64,000 nucleotides of DNA from Oikopleura dioica (Eukaryota; Animalia; Chordata). Location: NCBI GenBank assembly GCA_907165135.1, contig OU015569.1, positions 6,572,001 through 6,636,000 of the forward strand, read 5' to 3'. The notes beneath the pieces were generated by a model. It did no database searches. It saw nothing but the letters and a program-made list of their open reading frames with translations, and was not told the DNA's origin. This document shows positions 50,934-63,059 of this stretch, one piece after another (the stretch's first letter is position 1; each line of letters opens with the position of its first letter). The position numbers and the translations under genes were made by a program.

Positions 50934-51214
50934 ATGGTAAAAAGTCAATTGCAGCAGCAAGTTCTCACGTGTTATAAAAATTTATTGCGCGCGACGAAAG
51001 GCATGCCCAGCTCCCAAGCCAAAGTGCGGGAAGAATTCGCGAAGGGAAAGAACATCCGCAGAATGGATATTCATAACATTGGTATTTCCATCTTCTTCCG
51101 GCCTGTCTTTCATTCTCTCTTTTAGAATACAAACTACGCTATGCAAACAGACGCCTTGAGAAGCTCAATTCAGACGAGGTCACTGGCAGCCGGACGTTCA
51201 CGCCCAAACGCTGA
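50934..51214 (+). CDS. SDHAF1: Succinate dehydrogenase assembly factor 1 (LYR family)
   Basis: LQQQVLTCYKNLLRA..KVREEF..RMDIHNIEYKLRYANRRLEKL matches the SDHAF1 pattern. Confidence 0.82.
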
Positions 51215-51910
51215 CAAAAAAAATTAATGTTATTAACGAGTTCATTATTTTAAATTCAAAGGAATAAATTTCTATTCTCATTCAAGGAAAAACACCGAAA
51301 ACACACGTTTCAGAATATCTCGCAGCGCAAGCTTCTATTTTGTTTGATTTACGAGCCATTCAAAAATTCTAGTCTTTGTCTCATTTTGAGGACCAAATAA
51401 GCTTGGACTTTGTTAATGCAGACGCTGTTTCGAAACGTGTCTGCAGATCAGAGAACAGCCGTAAGACTCGCGGGTATATTTACACAGAGAGGAAGATACT
51501 GGTATTCGGCCCGTTAAAGGCTCAAAAGGTTAAACTTCGATTATCCGAGTTTTAAACTGATGTAGTCATAAGATGGATTTTTACGAGGTTGTTTTTAAAA
51601 CTTGGTGAAAATATATTTTACGGGCTTTTCGCGATTATTTATTTAATAAAAGAGCTAGGGTGATATAATTCGCTTTCGATTAATTGAGTGATTTGATAAA
51701 AGCGAAGATAGGATAAGGAAAAGTGCACCTGAGGTCGGACTCCGCGGCGCATTATCACTCGCGCTATTTTTGCGTAGGTTCGCCGGGCTCATTCCTTCCC
51801 GTGTCCCAATGAACAATCCGTGAGAAGTAAGCTCGTAGTAAAGGGATAAGCGCAAATTTTCGAGATTCGTTAACGTTGGCGATTGTAGAGAGCTAGAAGA
51901 AAGAAGCAGA

Positions 51911-53970
51911 ATGACGCACTACCTCCACGAAGCAGTCAATCCCTTCCGCTTTGACCTCGAAATACCCTGGTATCGATACATACAGGTACTTCACTCGAGA
52001 AACGTGTTTTTTACGTAAGATAGGCACCGTCTTCGTTTTCTTGTTAATATTGACATTGATCTTGTTTCGGCTTAATTTGATAATCTGGTTCGATTCTTCT
52101 TCGCGACTCTCATTTTCTTCTAGATCGTCATCGCTACTTTCACACTCGTTCCTTTCCGAATCTGCGCCTCAATTCTAGCCGCGACGGCGATCTACATAGC
52201 AGGCGTGATCACAACAATTGGTCTTCCTCTTCAAGCAGATGAGTACGACATTGTTGGATTCCGATCAAAGCTGCAGTATTTTCTCACTCGCATTTGCTAC
52301 GGCTTCTGGCGAATATGCCTGGGCGTACGCGTTACCACCAAGGGAACTGCCGTTTCCAAAGACAAAGCGCAAGTGCTTGTGCTAGGCCCACATTCCACAG
52401 TCTATGACACGATGATCGCTGACCAGGTGCGAACTTGCTCTCAATTAACGCCCCTTTCCAATGATTCTTCAGATTCCACACTGTCCATTTCCATGGACTT
52501 TGGTCGGAGGAACGTATGGCAACGAATTCTCGTATCGAATGTTTCGCTCGTTAGGCTCAATCTTTGTGGACAGAACGGATCGTTCGTCCACCTCGAACGC
52601 AATCGAAGTGATAAACCAGCGTGTCGCCGATCCTAAATGGCCGCAGCTGATGATCTGGCCCGAGGGGACTACCCACAACCGTCTCGGAATGATGAAGTTC
52701 AAGAACGGAGCTTTCAATCCTGGAGCCGTCGTCCAGCCACTTACCTTGAAGTGGACCAACAACTGGGACACCTTCACCTGGTGCTTCATGGGTCCCAGTT
52801 TTCTGCAGATGATTTATCTCACTCTCTGCCAGTTTAGTATCAACGTCGAAATAAACTTTCTCGATCCCGTCACTCCGACCAAAGAGGAAAAAGGTAAAGT
52901 TGAATTCAACTCATTTGAAATGAGTCATTTCCCTTTCCCCTGGCCTCGGAATTTCGATTATTCAACTAAAAATTAAAACCCTGAAATTTGACTTTACAGG
53001 CTTTACAGGCCTGTGAAACCTAAAAAACAGGACCTGTATCCTGTGTTCTTTATCCTGTCCTGCTTCCTGTGTTGCAGATGGGCCCTAAAACAAAATCCCT
53101 GTTCCTGTTTACAGGATTCCGAGGCCAGCCTTTCCCTTCGAGTTTATTTCTCGCCTTTTGACAAACTATTTCAGCAAATCCATCTCTATTCGCTGAACGC
53201 GTGCAAAAAGTCATGGCTGACTCGCTGGAAATCCCTGCTCTCAATTTAACCCGCGACGATGGGCTCGCACACATGAAAGCGACTGAATATGGATTGCCTG
53301 GGCACGTCGCGAACATCGATATCGAATCGTACAGAAAACAAAGCGGCCTCTCCCGAGAAAAATATACCAAGAACTCAAACAGTTCGCCTCCCTTAGTCAG
53401 AAAAAAGGTTGAATCATTAATCAATTCGCGTTTGCTTACTACTCTCTTCCAGAGCTCGCGGATTACGACAACTTATGCACTTTTCTTCAACTCCCAATCG
53501 GCCTTTTTACAAAGCAAGTGTTCGCCAAATACGACAAAGATGGCATATTCTGCTTCACTTTCAAAAACTTCCTCGACAGAAGATTGGGAACATTCTATCC
53601 TGCATCAGAGCGAATTAACTACGAGAAGTTGATGGAGGTAAAACGGGTTTAATACTCATCAGAGATTCACTATTTCGTCAAGTGCATGGACGTCGACAAC
53701 GACGGAGCGATTTCACTTGGCGATATTCAAGCAGTTTTTCCAAAAATCTTCGGCGGCCAGGCGCCCATCTTTGCACAAATCTGGGATCTCCATTCCGACG
53801 GACGCAAAGTATTAGACCTAGTCGATCTCAAGCGCATTTGGTAAGAATTTCAAATTCTTTGCTCTTTGTTGATGAAAAAATTAAGCCACGAATATCCCGA
53901 GTACGCTTTTATATACGAATGCTTCCTGGAGTCACGGGAGAACTCACGAGTTTCCCGCGTTCTCGGTTGA
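51911..53970 (+). CDS. LPCAT: Lysophosphatidylcholine acyltransferase (LPCAT1/2 type, EF-hand)
   Basis: PHSTVYD (HxxxxD), IFVDR, WPQLMIWPEGT, FKNGAFNPGAVVQP, WDTFTW; EF-hand DVDNDGAIS; YPEYA. Confidence 0.92.
52940..53128. mobile_element. MITE copy A (189 bp) inside an LPCAT intron
   Basis: Perfect 13-bp TIR CTGGCCTCGGAAT; perfect 8-bp TSD CCTTTCCC at 52932-52939 and 53129-53136; homologous to the right end of copy B. Confidence 0.92.
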
Positions 53971-54381
53971 ATTGCTGAACTGATTGTACGATCTCCACCG
54001 AGCCGAACATGAACTGTCATTAATACGAGTCGAGCTTCCGTTATTTGCCCTGCGCCTCACTTCCTTTTCTTGCCACTTATTTCAAATCGCGCAGAGTGAG
54101 TCCGACGAAATAGTAGTATTCAAAGTCTTACAAAATATTTTTCACTTCTAAAAAAACAAAAAGACATCCGAAGTTTCTGTACGAAATTGCTTTTGACTTC
54201 CGACTTTGTAAATTCATTCAACTGTATTTAAAAGAAGGCGTGCCTTTAATAAGCATCTTCGATTTGATCGTTGATCAACTTCACTTGATAAACAAACCGC
54301 TGAAATGCTTCCTTCACACCCTTTTCAAAGTGTCTCTCATAAACAAATAATTAAATATCAATTCAAATGCCGATTTGCAGA

Positions 54382-56199
54382 ATGGACATTTTGTTGGAGG
54401 CAGACTCGCGAAATTTGCACCACGTCACGGATAAAATTCTTTATTCCCTGTCGAATAAGGACCTGTACGCGTGTTCAGCTGTTTCTCGCGCATGGAGGGT
54501 GATCTTGAGCGACTCGAAGTAAGAATAAGTTATATAGCTCGTCGATAAAGAATTGAGGGTCTTTGAAAAACGTCTGGAGAACTACTTGGAGACGGATATT
54601 TATGGGAAAGTGATCGCCAAATCTGTCAAGAATAAATCAGCGAAAAAGCACGAACGGACGAATTTAGAATTCCAGAGATGGCGCGTTTCGTCAGGTTCAA
54701 AAACATTATGGACGAATTTTATTCGAAAAGTGGCGCCTACAAAGTCAGAAATCTTCAGATACGGCCGAATACTTTTGAAAATAGAATAACGTCTTTTGCC
54801 GCCGCACCCGAATTTATTGCAACAGGTAGATTCGCTCTCTTCGTCTGAATTCTTTGACTAGTCTTTTTCAGCCACGATCTCCGGCGAAATACATATCTGG
54901 TCGCGTGACTTCTTCAATCATCTCGGGATAATTCCAAATTGTACTCAAGATGAGAAAACTCGTCTGCACGTGTGCGGCCGTCTCCTCGCAGCGACAGACA
55001 AAGAACGGAGTGTCGTGACACTCTTTTCAGTTGAAGCACCTAGTTTCATCAACAGAGATTGCGCTTTCTCTGTCACTGCTCTTCAGACTTTTCCGATTCC
55101 CGCCCGTGTGAATAGGGTTCATGTGAGACTCTCTCAGCCTGACGAAAACCAACCTGGGCGGTTTCTGGTAAGATTTTTCTTTCCTAATTCCACGACGGAA
55201 ATTGAAATTGCTCGAAATGAGCTGTCTGCCATGACAGCGGAAATCATGCAGAAAAGAGCATCCAGTATTCCATATTTAGCTTGCCGCCTCCAACGATGTC
55301 AAGATATCATACTTGTCTCCAGCCACTTCATATTGGGCAAGGAGTGATTCCAGTTTCCCCAAGCATCAAAAGCACCGGAATCAGACAGATTCTGCTGCCG
55401 GTGAAATTGCTACCATCAATGCCGACGAGAGCGTGATGATCCCGAAAGTCAATTTTGCGGTGCTTACGACCAAACATACAGCCATTTTGTGGGAGTCAGG
55501 AAACAGGGAATCATTTTCATTCGATGATAGGCAAAGTTTTTTTCTCGTCTTCGAAGAAAGCCCATTTTTCTATTGCTCAAATCATAAACGATCATTTGCT
55601 TCCCCGATGCTCAGAAACTCTTATTCTTGTTTATGATGTCAAAGGCGCAATAAAGCACAAGTTGTACTCAAACTCAGATAGCCATGCTTGGCGCAACGAG
55701 GAGGATCTTATGAGCATGGACAGCTTCGGTGAACTCTTGCTAGTCGCCGAACGAAGGAAAGTAGCTGTTTGGAGTCTGAACACAGGTGCATTGGTGCAAC
55801 ACATCGATTTGGGGCAGCCAGAAGGTCTGGACCTCACCCAAGTGCAAATCACCGGCAAGTGCGGACGATTTCATGGCGCGTTAGTCGTGATGATGATGGA
55901 GGAGCTGGAAGATGATACCGCAGAGGACCACATTTCAACTGACTACAGAATCTCTTCATACACTTGGAAGTCCGACAAGGATCACAGCAAGTTTGAAATA
56001 GAGAACGGTTCCCTTGACTTGCACCAGGTAGATAATATATATATAAACGAATCATTAGGATTAACATGATATGAAGGTCCCTGAAACTACTAATGACTCC
56101 TTTTCTGCCGACGAAACAGCGATTTACCTTCCGAATTTCCCTGACCCAATAATCACCGTCTATGACTTCATTGCCCCGCTTTTCCAGGCGAAAATCTAA
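54382..56199 (+). CDS. Divergent F-box/WD40 protein
   Basis: F-box HVTDKILYSLSNKDLYACSAVSRAWR; WD-like ITSFAAAPEFIATATISGEIHIWS and KVAVWSLNTG; C-terminal DETAIY..IITVYDF. Confidence 0.7.
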
Positions 56200-56849
56200 T
56201 GGCTCAGTTCCTCTACCGGCATACAAAAGCTCGTCTTTCTCATCGAAATCGTTGTAACTTTTAAGAGCCACTTTTTACATGTATCTTTGTATTTAATTTA
56301 GCAAAACCTTTTACTTTGCCATAAAACAACTCTTTGTATTCCGCGAAATATCCAAAAATCATTCTCGATCCTAGACTACCTCAACCGTTATTTTTGCCCT
56401 ATTTTCTTACGACTCACTATATTCTCGTACTCCCTAGAATTAATTTATTCTGTGTGAACTTTTTCCGCTCCTGCTTGCTTCATAAAAAATAAATGGATAA
56501 AATTTGAAAAATTTATCTTGACTCAGCATATCGCCTCATTCCAGTGCTGATGTCAGTAGTACTTTTTCCTTCATCGAAAATTCAGGTTTTAGAAGCGTTT
56601 CTAGTTAGCATTTGTAGCAAAAATAGATTTTAATACGTCGACAGGACAGTCTTCGCTTTCAATGTATTTTTTCTAATGGGGTTTATCTGTTCCTTTGTTG
56701 AATTTTCAATAGAAAAACAGATCTTTGTTCAAGCCATGTTTGCGGGCTTTGGTTGGCTCGACCACTCGATGATTATTCGTATGAATGATTTTACTACCAT
56801 TACCCAGGAGCGTTGTCATTTCCTGGTTTAGCAAAGAATAGAGAAGATA

Positions 56850-58542
56850 ATGCACAGACGAAAGAGACGTGCTCGAATTCTTATTATCATATCAGTCTTA
56901 GTTCTTATTTATGGGGAAACTGGTTGCTTCTTTCAACAATACATAAGATGGCCAAGAAAGGGTTTCTCTGATCTGATGTAGTTTCGTCCCTCACTAGAAT
57001 CTTGGGATTGCATCTTCTTGGCAACTCAAAATTAGGTTCAGCAGCAGTGCAGCATCTGTTCTTCTTGTTGCCGATCCACAAATTCAAGGATTCCGGGATG
57101 AACCAGCGGGAATTCTAGGCGTGATAACCAGATGGGACTCCGACCAGTATTTGTCAAGGGGTTTTTATTGGGCTTCACGGGCGGTAAAACCGAATCTAAC
57201 GATTTTCCTTGGTGATTTGATAGACGAGGGGTATTCTGCATCAGGAAAGAGATTCTGATAATTATTAATGATAGGTAATCGTTGATAGCTTTACATTAAT
57301 AGGGAGTAAACTAAAAGAATCGCAAATACTCAGACTCCGAATATGAACTCTATGTAAATCGGTTCAAGAAAATTTTTCCAGTCTCCGATGAAAAGGTTAT
57401 CTATCTTCCTGGTGACAACGACATAGGAGGCGAAGGTGGTGAACGAGTCACCAAGTGAGAATAGTTTCAAGTTAGCTATCAAGTAAAGCTATCTTAGTCG
57501 CCATCTTGAGCGATTCCACAGAAGTTTCTCAACAGACTTTGCGGTTTTAGCAGGGCGTCGTTTCCAGGCATCCCACGAGATCGAAAGAGAAGAGCCAAGA
57601 ATACTGGAAAAGTCAGATGTTTTGCTACGACATTTTCCAATGGGTTCGCCAATACCATCCGTGGGTAAGCTCATCCTGTCAGCGCACAACCACGTCGGTG
57701 AGATCTGGCCTCGGAATTCTGACCTGTCTAAAAACCTGAAACAGGTCCTGTTTTTTGGACCCTGTCCTGTTTCCTGTCTTGCATTTCGAGACCAAAATAA
57801 ACCTGTAAACAGGCCTGTTAACAGGAAATACAGGAAAAACAGGAAAAAACGCCTGTATACAGGAACAGCCCTGTAAAAGTGAAACAGGCCTGTCAAAAAA
57901 TTGCAGGAAAACAGGCGAAAAATGGGGAATATCAGGTATTTTTCGTAAAAATTTTCTTGGAGTTCCCTTCAAATATGTTATAAAGAATCTTTTATAGTTG
58001 AAACTGTCTACAGACATGATTATAACGAGAAAAAAATTCTTAATTTTGATTCTTCAAGAAAAAATTAAAACCCTGAAATTTGAGTTTACAGGCCTGCAAA
58101 GCCTGTGAAACCTGTAAAACAGGACCTGTTCCTGTGTTTTTATCCTGTCCTGTTTCCTGTTTTGCAAATGGGCCAAAAAATAAAATCCCTGTTCCTGTCC
58201 CTGTTACTGTTTACAGGATTCCGAGGCCAGGGTGAGATGAGGCAGCATCACCGGAGTAAAATGACTAGAAGCGTTCTTCGTCATCTAAAAGGAAAATTCG
58301 GAGCGGAAAATATTGAAATTCTTATGCCCACGTGTTCCTACAGGATGGGAGTCTATAAAATGGCATATGGGTATCTAACATTTATTAAATTATTGTCTTT
58401 ATCATGCAATTTCAGTGCTCTTATTCTTGGAGAAAACGACGAATTCGAGTTCATCCCCTTACACATTCCAGGCCGCTTTCCTTTCCTCATAATTTACATT
58501 TTGCTTTGTTTTCTATGGCTTCTATATTTCTGTATTGAATAA
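56850..58542 (+). CDS. MPPE1: MPPE1/Cdc1-like metallophosphoesterase with a MITE in a coding exon
   Basis: N-terminal TM; LLVADPQ, FLGDLIDEG, YLPGDNDIGG, LLRHFP, LILSAHNH, EILMPTCSYRMG; C-terminal TM. Confidence 0.82.
57705..58230. mobile_element. MITE copy B (526 bp) inserted in a coding exon
   Basis: TIR CTGGCCTCGGAAT(T/C)CTG; perfect 8-bp TSD GGTGAGAT at 57697-57704 and 58231-58238; dense CCTGT/ACAGG subterminal motifs; no transposase. Confidence 0.93.
57732..58192. repeat. Internal ~75-bp direct repeat within MITE B
   Basis: 57732-57806 resembles 58108-58192, including an exact 17-mer CCTGTCCTGTTTCCTGT at 57761 and 58144. Confidence 0.7.
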
Positions 58543-58679
58543 AAAGCAAAGATTTTGAAAATTGAAATATTCTATATTTTGATAATTGAAGTAGATGCAT
58601 TATCCAAGACTTAGCACAGAAATTTTTTTTATGAATACTTGTTCAACAGAGTTTCTCTTGTTCGGTTTTGCCCTTGATG

Positions 58680-60322
58680 TTAGTGGACAGCAATTTCGTT
58701 CGGCCCCCGCAAAGTTTCTTCTGACTTTGAGATTTTCCTTGTATTTAGCAGCGTTCTAAATTTCGTAAAGAGTAATATTCATTGCTACGATTTACCTAAA
58801 AGCATTCATTCTATCATTTGCATATTCTACGTATCCGAACTTGATATCAGACACTTTCGCTTGGATTTCCGACCAAAGTGACCAGTAAACATGTCCAATC
58901 ATCGCAAACTCCATTACTTCCTTCAAAATCAGCTTTTAAAAATTGGTGATATGAGAATGTTCACCTCCTGAATTTTGTTAATGTTTTCTTCTGATAGATC
59001 GCCCTGCTGCTGAAGATACGCTTGAATGAAACGCCTCTGCTGGTCGTTGCTGGGAAAATCATTCTGGTTGAAGAAGTAGTGAGGCCATTCTTCATTACTG
59101 TAGTTCATCATCCACTCGTTGAAATGATTGGCAAAGTCGAAGCCTGAAAGACAAATGTTTACTCAGCAGTCTTGGCAGTTATGGCACCATAAAAGTGCAG
59201 CGATGAAAGTTATTGACCTCGCTGAACTCACCTCTGAACCCGTAGGCCGAGTACTCGAAGTCGATCAGACGCAGGGACTCAGTCATCGACGAACCCTTGT
59301 TGATCTTCTCCTGGTCGATCAGAATATTTCCCTCGTGACAATCGTTATGACTTAATCACGGGTAAGCTTCATTTAATCGACCTAGTTAAATGCTTACCAA
59401 AAAACAATCGGCGATTTTGTATTTTGGATAAGCTGGCAACAGAATTTAAACGGGTCTTTGTATGGTTTCATATTGACGCCTAGCTGCTCGCATCGGTTGT
59501 AATATCCTTGAAATTGTTCTAAAAGGATAGGATCCTTAGACATAGGCACTTCAAGGCGATGGTAGTCCGCCAGACGCGTCGCCACAGTCGTGGAAATCTC
59601 AGGCACTTGTAATTCCGCCGTTCTCAAATTCCGCCCCTTCGAAGCAAATGAAAGGCAAGTCGAATATATTTGCACTTACGGGAATGTACTCCTCAAGTCT
59701 TCCTTCTGAAAAGGCACCATAGAGCTTGGGTCCAAGTCCCTTCTGTCCAAGAATAGCGAATACAACAGATTCGGTTATTTGCGCGTTCACATCCTACGAA
59801 CACCCGTTGTAGATACAAAATAAGTCACATAAGTTGTCATACAAACTTTCAGCTCGATCACAGACGAGATAACAATGATTTACGCGAAGCAACTTACGTT
59901 CAAATTACGAGACGCCTAAAATAATCACGTCACTGAATATAACATAACATGCAATACGTCTATTAGACATGGTCAACACTCTAACATGCTTTTTCACGAG
60001 TGGACAGACTTTGCTTCCACAGAAAAATGCGTCTGTGCACACGTGTTCTCTAGTAAATAGTCAATAGTCTAGGTATACCTGCATGATCAAGCCGTAAATT
60101 CGAAGGACGACTTTTTTCGTTAATCCCTCTTGATTTGTAGTGCTGCAAATATAGAGTTTGTTTGTGAGTCCCCCGTTTAATTCTTCGACTGAGTGAATAT
60201 GTTCAATTCAGTGAATCTCAATTTAACATACGCTTGAAGTTATTGCGCTCTTTCCATTCGCCACAAAGGAATTTGGAGCATAGTTGGAAGGCTTTTTCTG
60301 ATAATTCTGTCTCTTTGTCCAT
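58680..60322 (-). CDS. CHK: Choline/ethanolamine kinase
   Basis: [81 protein letters not shown]. Confidence 0.93.
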
Positions 60323-61429
60323 CTTGGATAATGCCAGTGCAAGGCGTCTTATCGGAGCTCTTACCTAAATGATTTTTTGTTGAATCGATCTAGAGATTAG
60401 ATAGAAAAAATATTGAGATGAATTTATTCTTTCTGATTCACGAAACGGCCAATTCATTTTATGAACACTTTCTTCGATCATTTCCGCCTTGTGTCTCTCG
60501 AAATTCACTTCGATTTCACTAGTGTTCTTAGTATTCAAAAGTAAATTGCTTACTTTCGGTTTACCACTGAATCGCAGTAAATTCCTCAACATAATTTGGG
60601 GTTCATATTGTGGCGCGCCATTTTTCCTCTGTTAATATTTGTAAAAAGCTGTTTGTTTTTACTTACTATTTGTATTGTGCAATAAGAAATTCAATTGATC
60701 TTCTAACTCTTTGACAGTGGCAGGAATATATTTCAAGTTTATTCCTCGTTTCTCTTTCTTTTGAACTGGAGGCGTCGACCAAGCGATCGATTATCCTCAG
60801 AAAAACCTTTTTTGGCTCTTTTTCTTTTTTTTTCAAGTCACGTGTTCCTTAAAACTAGTGCCGGTTTCAACTGGTTTCCTTATACTTTTGATCTTTTTTA
60901 CGAGAGCGGCAGGGAAATTTCGGGAGAAAATTTGCCTGGCTATTGCGACATCGGTTCGCTTTTGCGCCAAAATTATCTACTTCTTGGATAACATAACCTT
61001 TGAACTTCTAAGAAGCCTGGGAGTTTTTTACAAGTTTCAACAAAGAAAAAATCTACAAGACCAAACCACGTGAGCGGAATTGTGAACGCCCAGCCCTGCA
61101 ATAAAATCTCGGATGAATGAACTCTCAATTCATAAAGAAAAGAATTCGCTGCATGTACTACTAATTTGTGGATTCAATGTTTTCATAGTGTATTTTTAAC
61201 TCTGGCGGTGTCAGTGATAGTTTTTATGGCGGATGATTGTTGCTACCAGTCGTGAGAGTTGTTTTGAGTGCTTTCGTTGTTGTCGTTTTGTGAGTCTTAA
61301 AATTTGTCGATCATAAATTAATACGCATATAATATTTTTTAGAAATATAAAGGTATAATAAAAATACGTTTTAATTACTACTTCCTGAGTTCCATCCACT
61401 TTCATTCTTCTTATCATCGTTCTGTTTGA

Positions 61430-62640
61430 CTATCTTTTCTCCAGCTTTTGGGGTCTTAGATGCTTTTTTCGCTTCCTTCACTGTTTTCTCGTGCTCAATC
61501 TTCTCGATTTCCTCCTTACGACTGTTCTTGGGCGCTTTCTCCAAATCCGTGTTCTTGCTGTATATTTTAGCTGTTTTCTGAATAATTCTATAAAAGAAAA
61601 ATCTGAGCTTTAACGACTTACAAAAAGCATGTACATAAACGCCGAGAGAATCATAAGCGAACTAATGGCTGTTACCCCGTGGATATACGCGTTGAACCTT
61701 AAATAATCGGACTTTAATTCTTGATTGAAAATATGTTAATATTACCGTATGTAGTCGAGTTTGCAGTTCACTTCGATTTCTTCGGGCGCGGGGTGCTTGC
61801 CGTATTCCACTTCTTCTTGGTAAGGGTTTACTTTGGCTACCAGACCGTCTCCTGCTTCAACCCAGAGAACAATGATATAGACAAATTTCCAGGTGTTTCC
61901 AGTGGCAACAAGTATCGCGCAAAAAGTCGCAGATGTAAACTTGATGCTCTTGAAGGTCTCAAAATTCGGCTTCGGGTTGGAGTGAAGAACTGAAAAGTTT
62001 TCCTGGAAAAAGAGATTCTTAGGTCTCACTTACATGCCACGCACCAAAAACATCCAACAATAGACAAGCATACGAAGAAGTAATTACTGTGGTTATATTC
62101 TTCGCAGCGCCTGACGAAAAGTCGTTCGAATGAAACAACCATCTTTTGGCAGCGGCTGTCCAATCCTTCCGCCTATTTTTTCAGATTAATAGGGTAAAAC
62201 TTATTGGTACGTTACATTGTCAAGATGTTCTTGTTCACTTGTTAGACGTTGTTGGTCGTGTTTGAATGCGATTCTTGCCTCTTCTTCTTCGTCTGGAGCA
62301 TATTTTTTGCTCATTTTGGTTTCAAGAAGACGCTCAAACTGCAGAATCCTCTCCCCTTGCTCACGAATCGATTTTTGAAATGCTGATCATATTTTATGAA
62401 ATCGCGTGCATAAAAAATAAACCTGGTCCTTGGACGTGTTCGCAGAGTTGCTTCATGTTGCCCCATGACGCTCGTGCCCAGACGATAGGATACTATGCAA
62501 TCATTGATATTCGTATCAATTTAGATTGAATGATTGTTACTTACTTGATTGAGAAACAGATCCGTCGCATTCCCGGTGAGACAGATCAAGGCAAACCAAA
62601 CGATGTGTTCAAACTTTTTGAGCTTCTTGGTGATCTTCAT
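61430..62640 (-). CDS. Hypothetical multi-pass membrane protein
   Basis: GTATTTAG|ATG; canonical GT-AG exons; hydrophobic segments IVWFALICL, YFFVCLSIVGCFWCV, FCAILVATG..FVYIIVLW, AISSLMILSAF; K/E-rich tail. Confidence 0.55.
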
Positions 62641-63059
62641 CTAAATACAGAATATTCCAGTCTGAAAAACTCGTTTGGAAGATTATCTTTTCTTTAGTGA
62701 AAAAGGTGTAACAGTCATAAAACTATCTCTAGTATAAGTCTCTGTCTTGCTACTAGGGTAAATTTCTGGGAAAAATCTGGAAAATTCGCAGCGCGGGGCC
62801 CCAAAAAGGGAACACCGCGCGGAAAAGGGAAAAAGTCACTGCTGGCACCTGGGAGTCATCTCTCATTGCGGCCAAATTTTCAACCCATCGAATCAGCGGC
62901 GGAAAACTGACGACGCCATCGGATGATATCCATTAGGAGAAGAGGAAACCATTCATTAGATGGAATTTTCGATAGTGACAAAATCGAAATCGCGACAGCG
63001 AGCAATTGATACTAGCGGAAATCATGACTTGAATAAGATGCAATCATAAAGCTATTATC

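Noticed and set aside
51418-51446. Hairpin TGCAGAC..GTTTCGAAAC..GTCTGCA (another short stem at 25230-25255)
   Set aside because: Isolated short stems with no family or TSD; compatible with chance.
57489-58230. ORFs overlapping MITE B as a possible transposase
   Set aside because: Short, low complexity from CCTGT repeats, no DDE or zinc-finger motifs; the element is non-autonomous.
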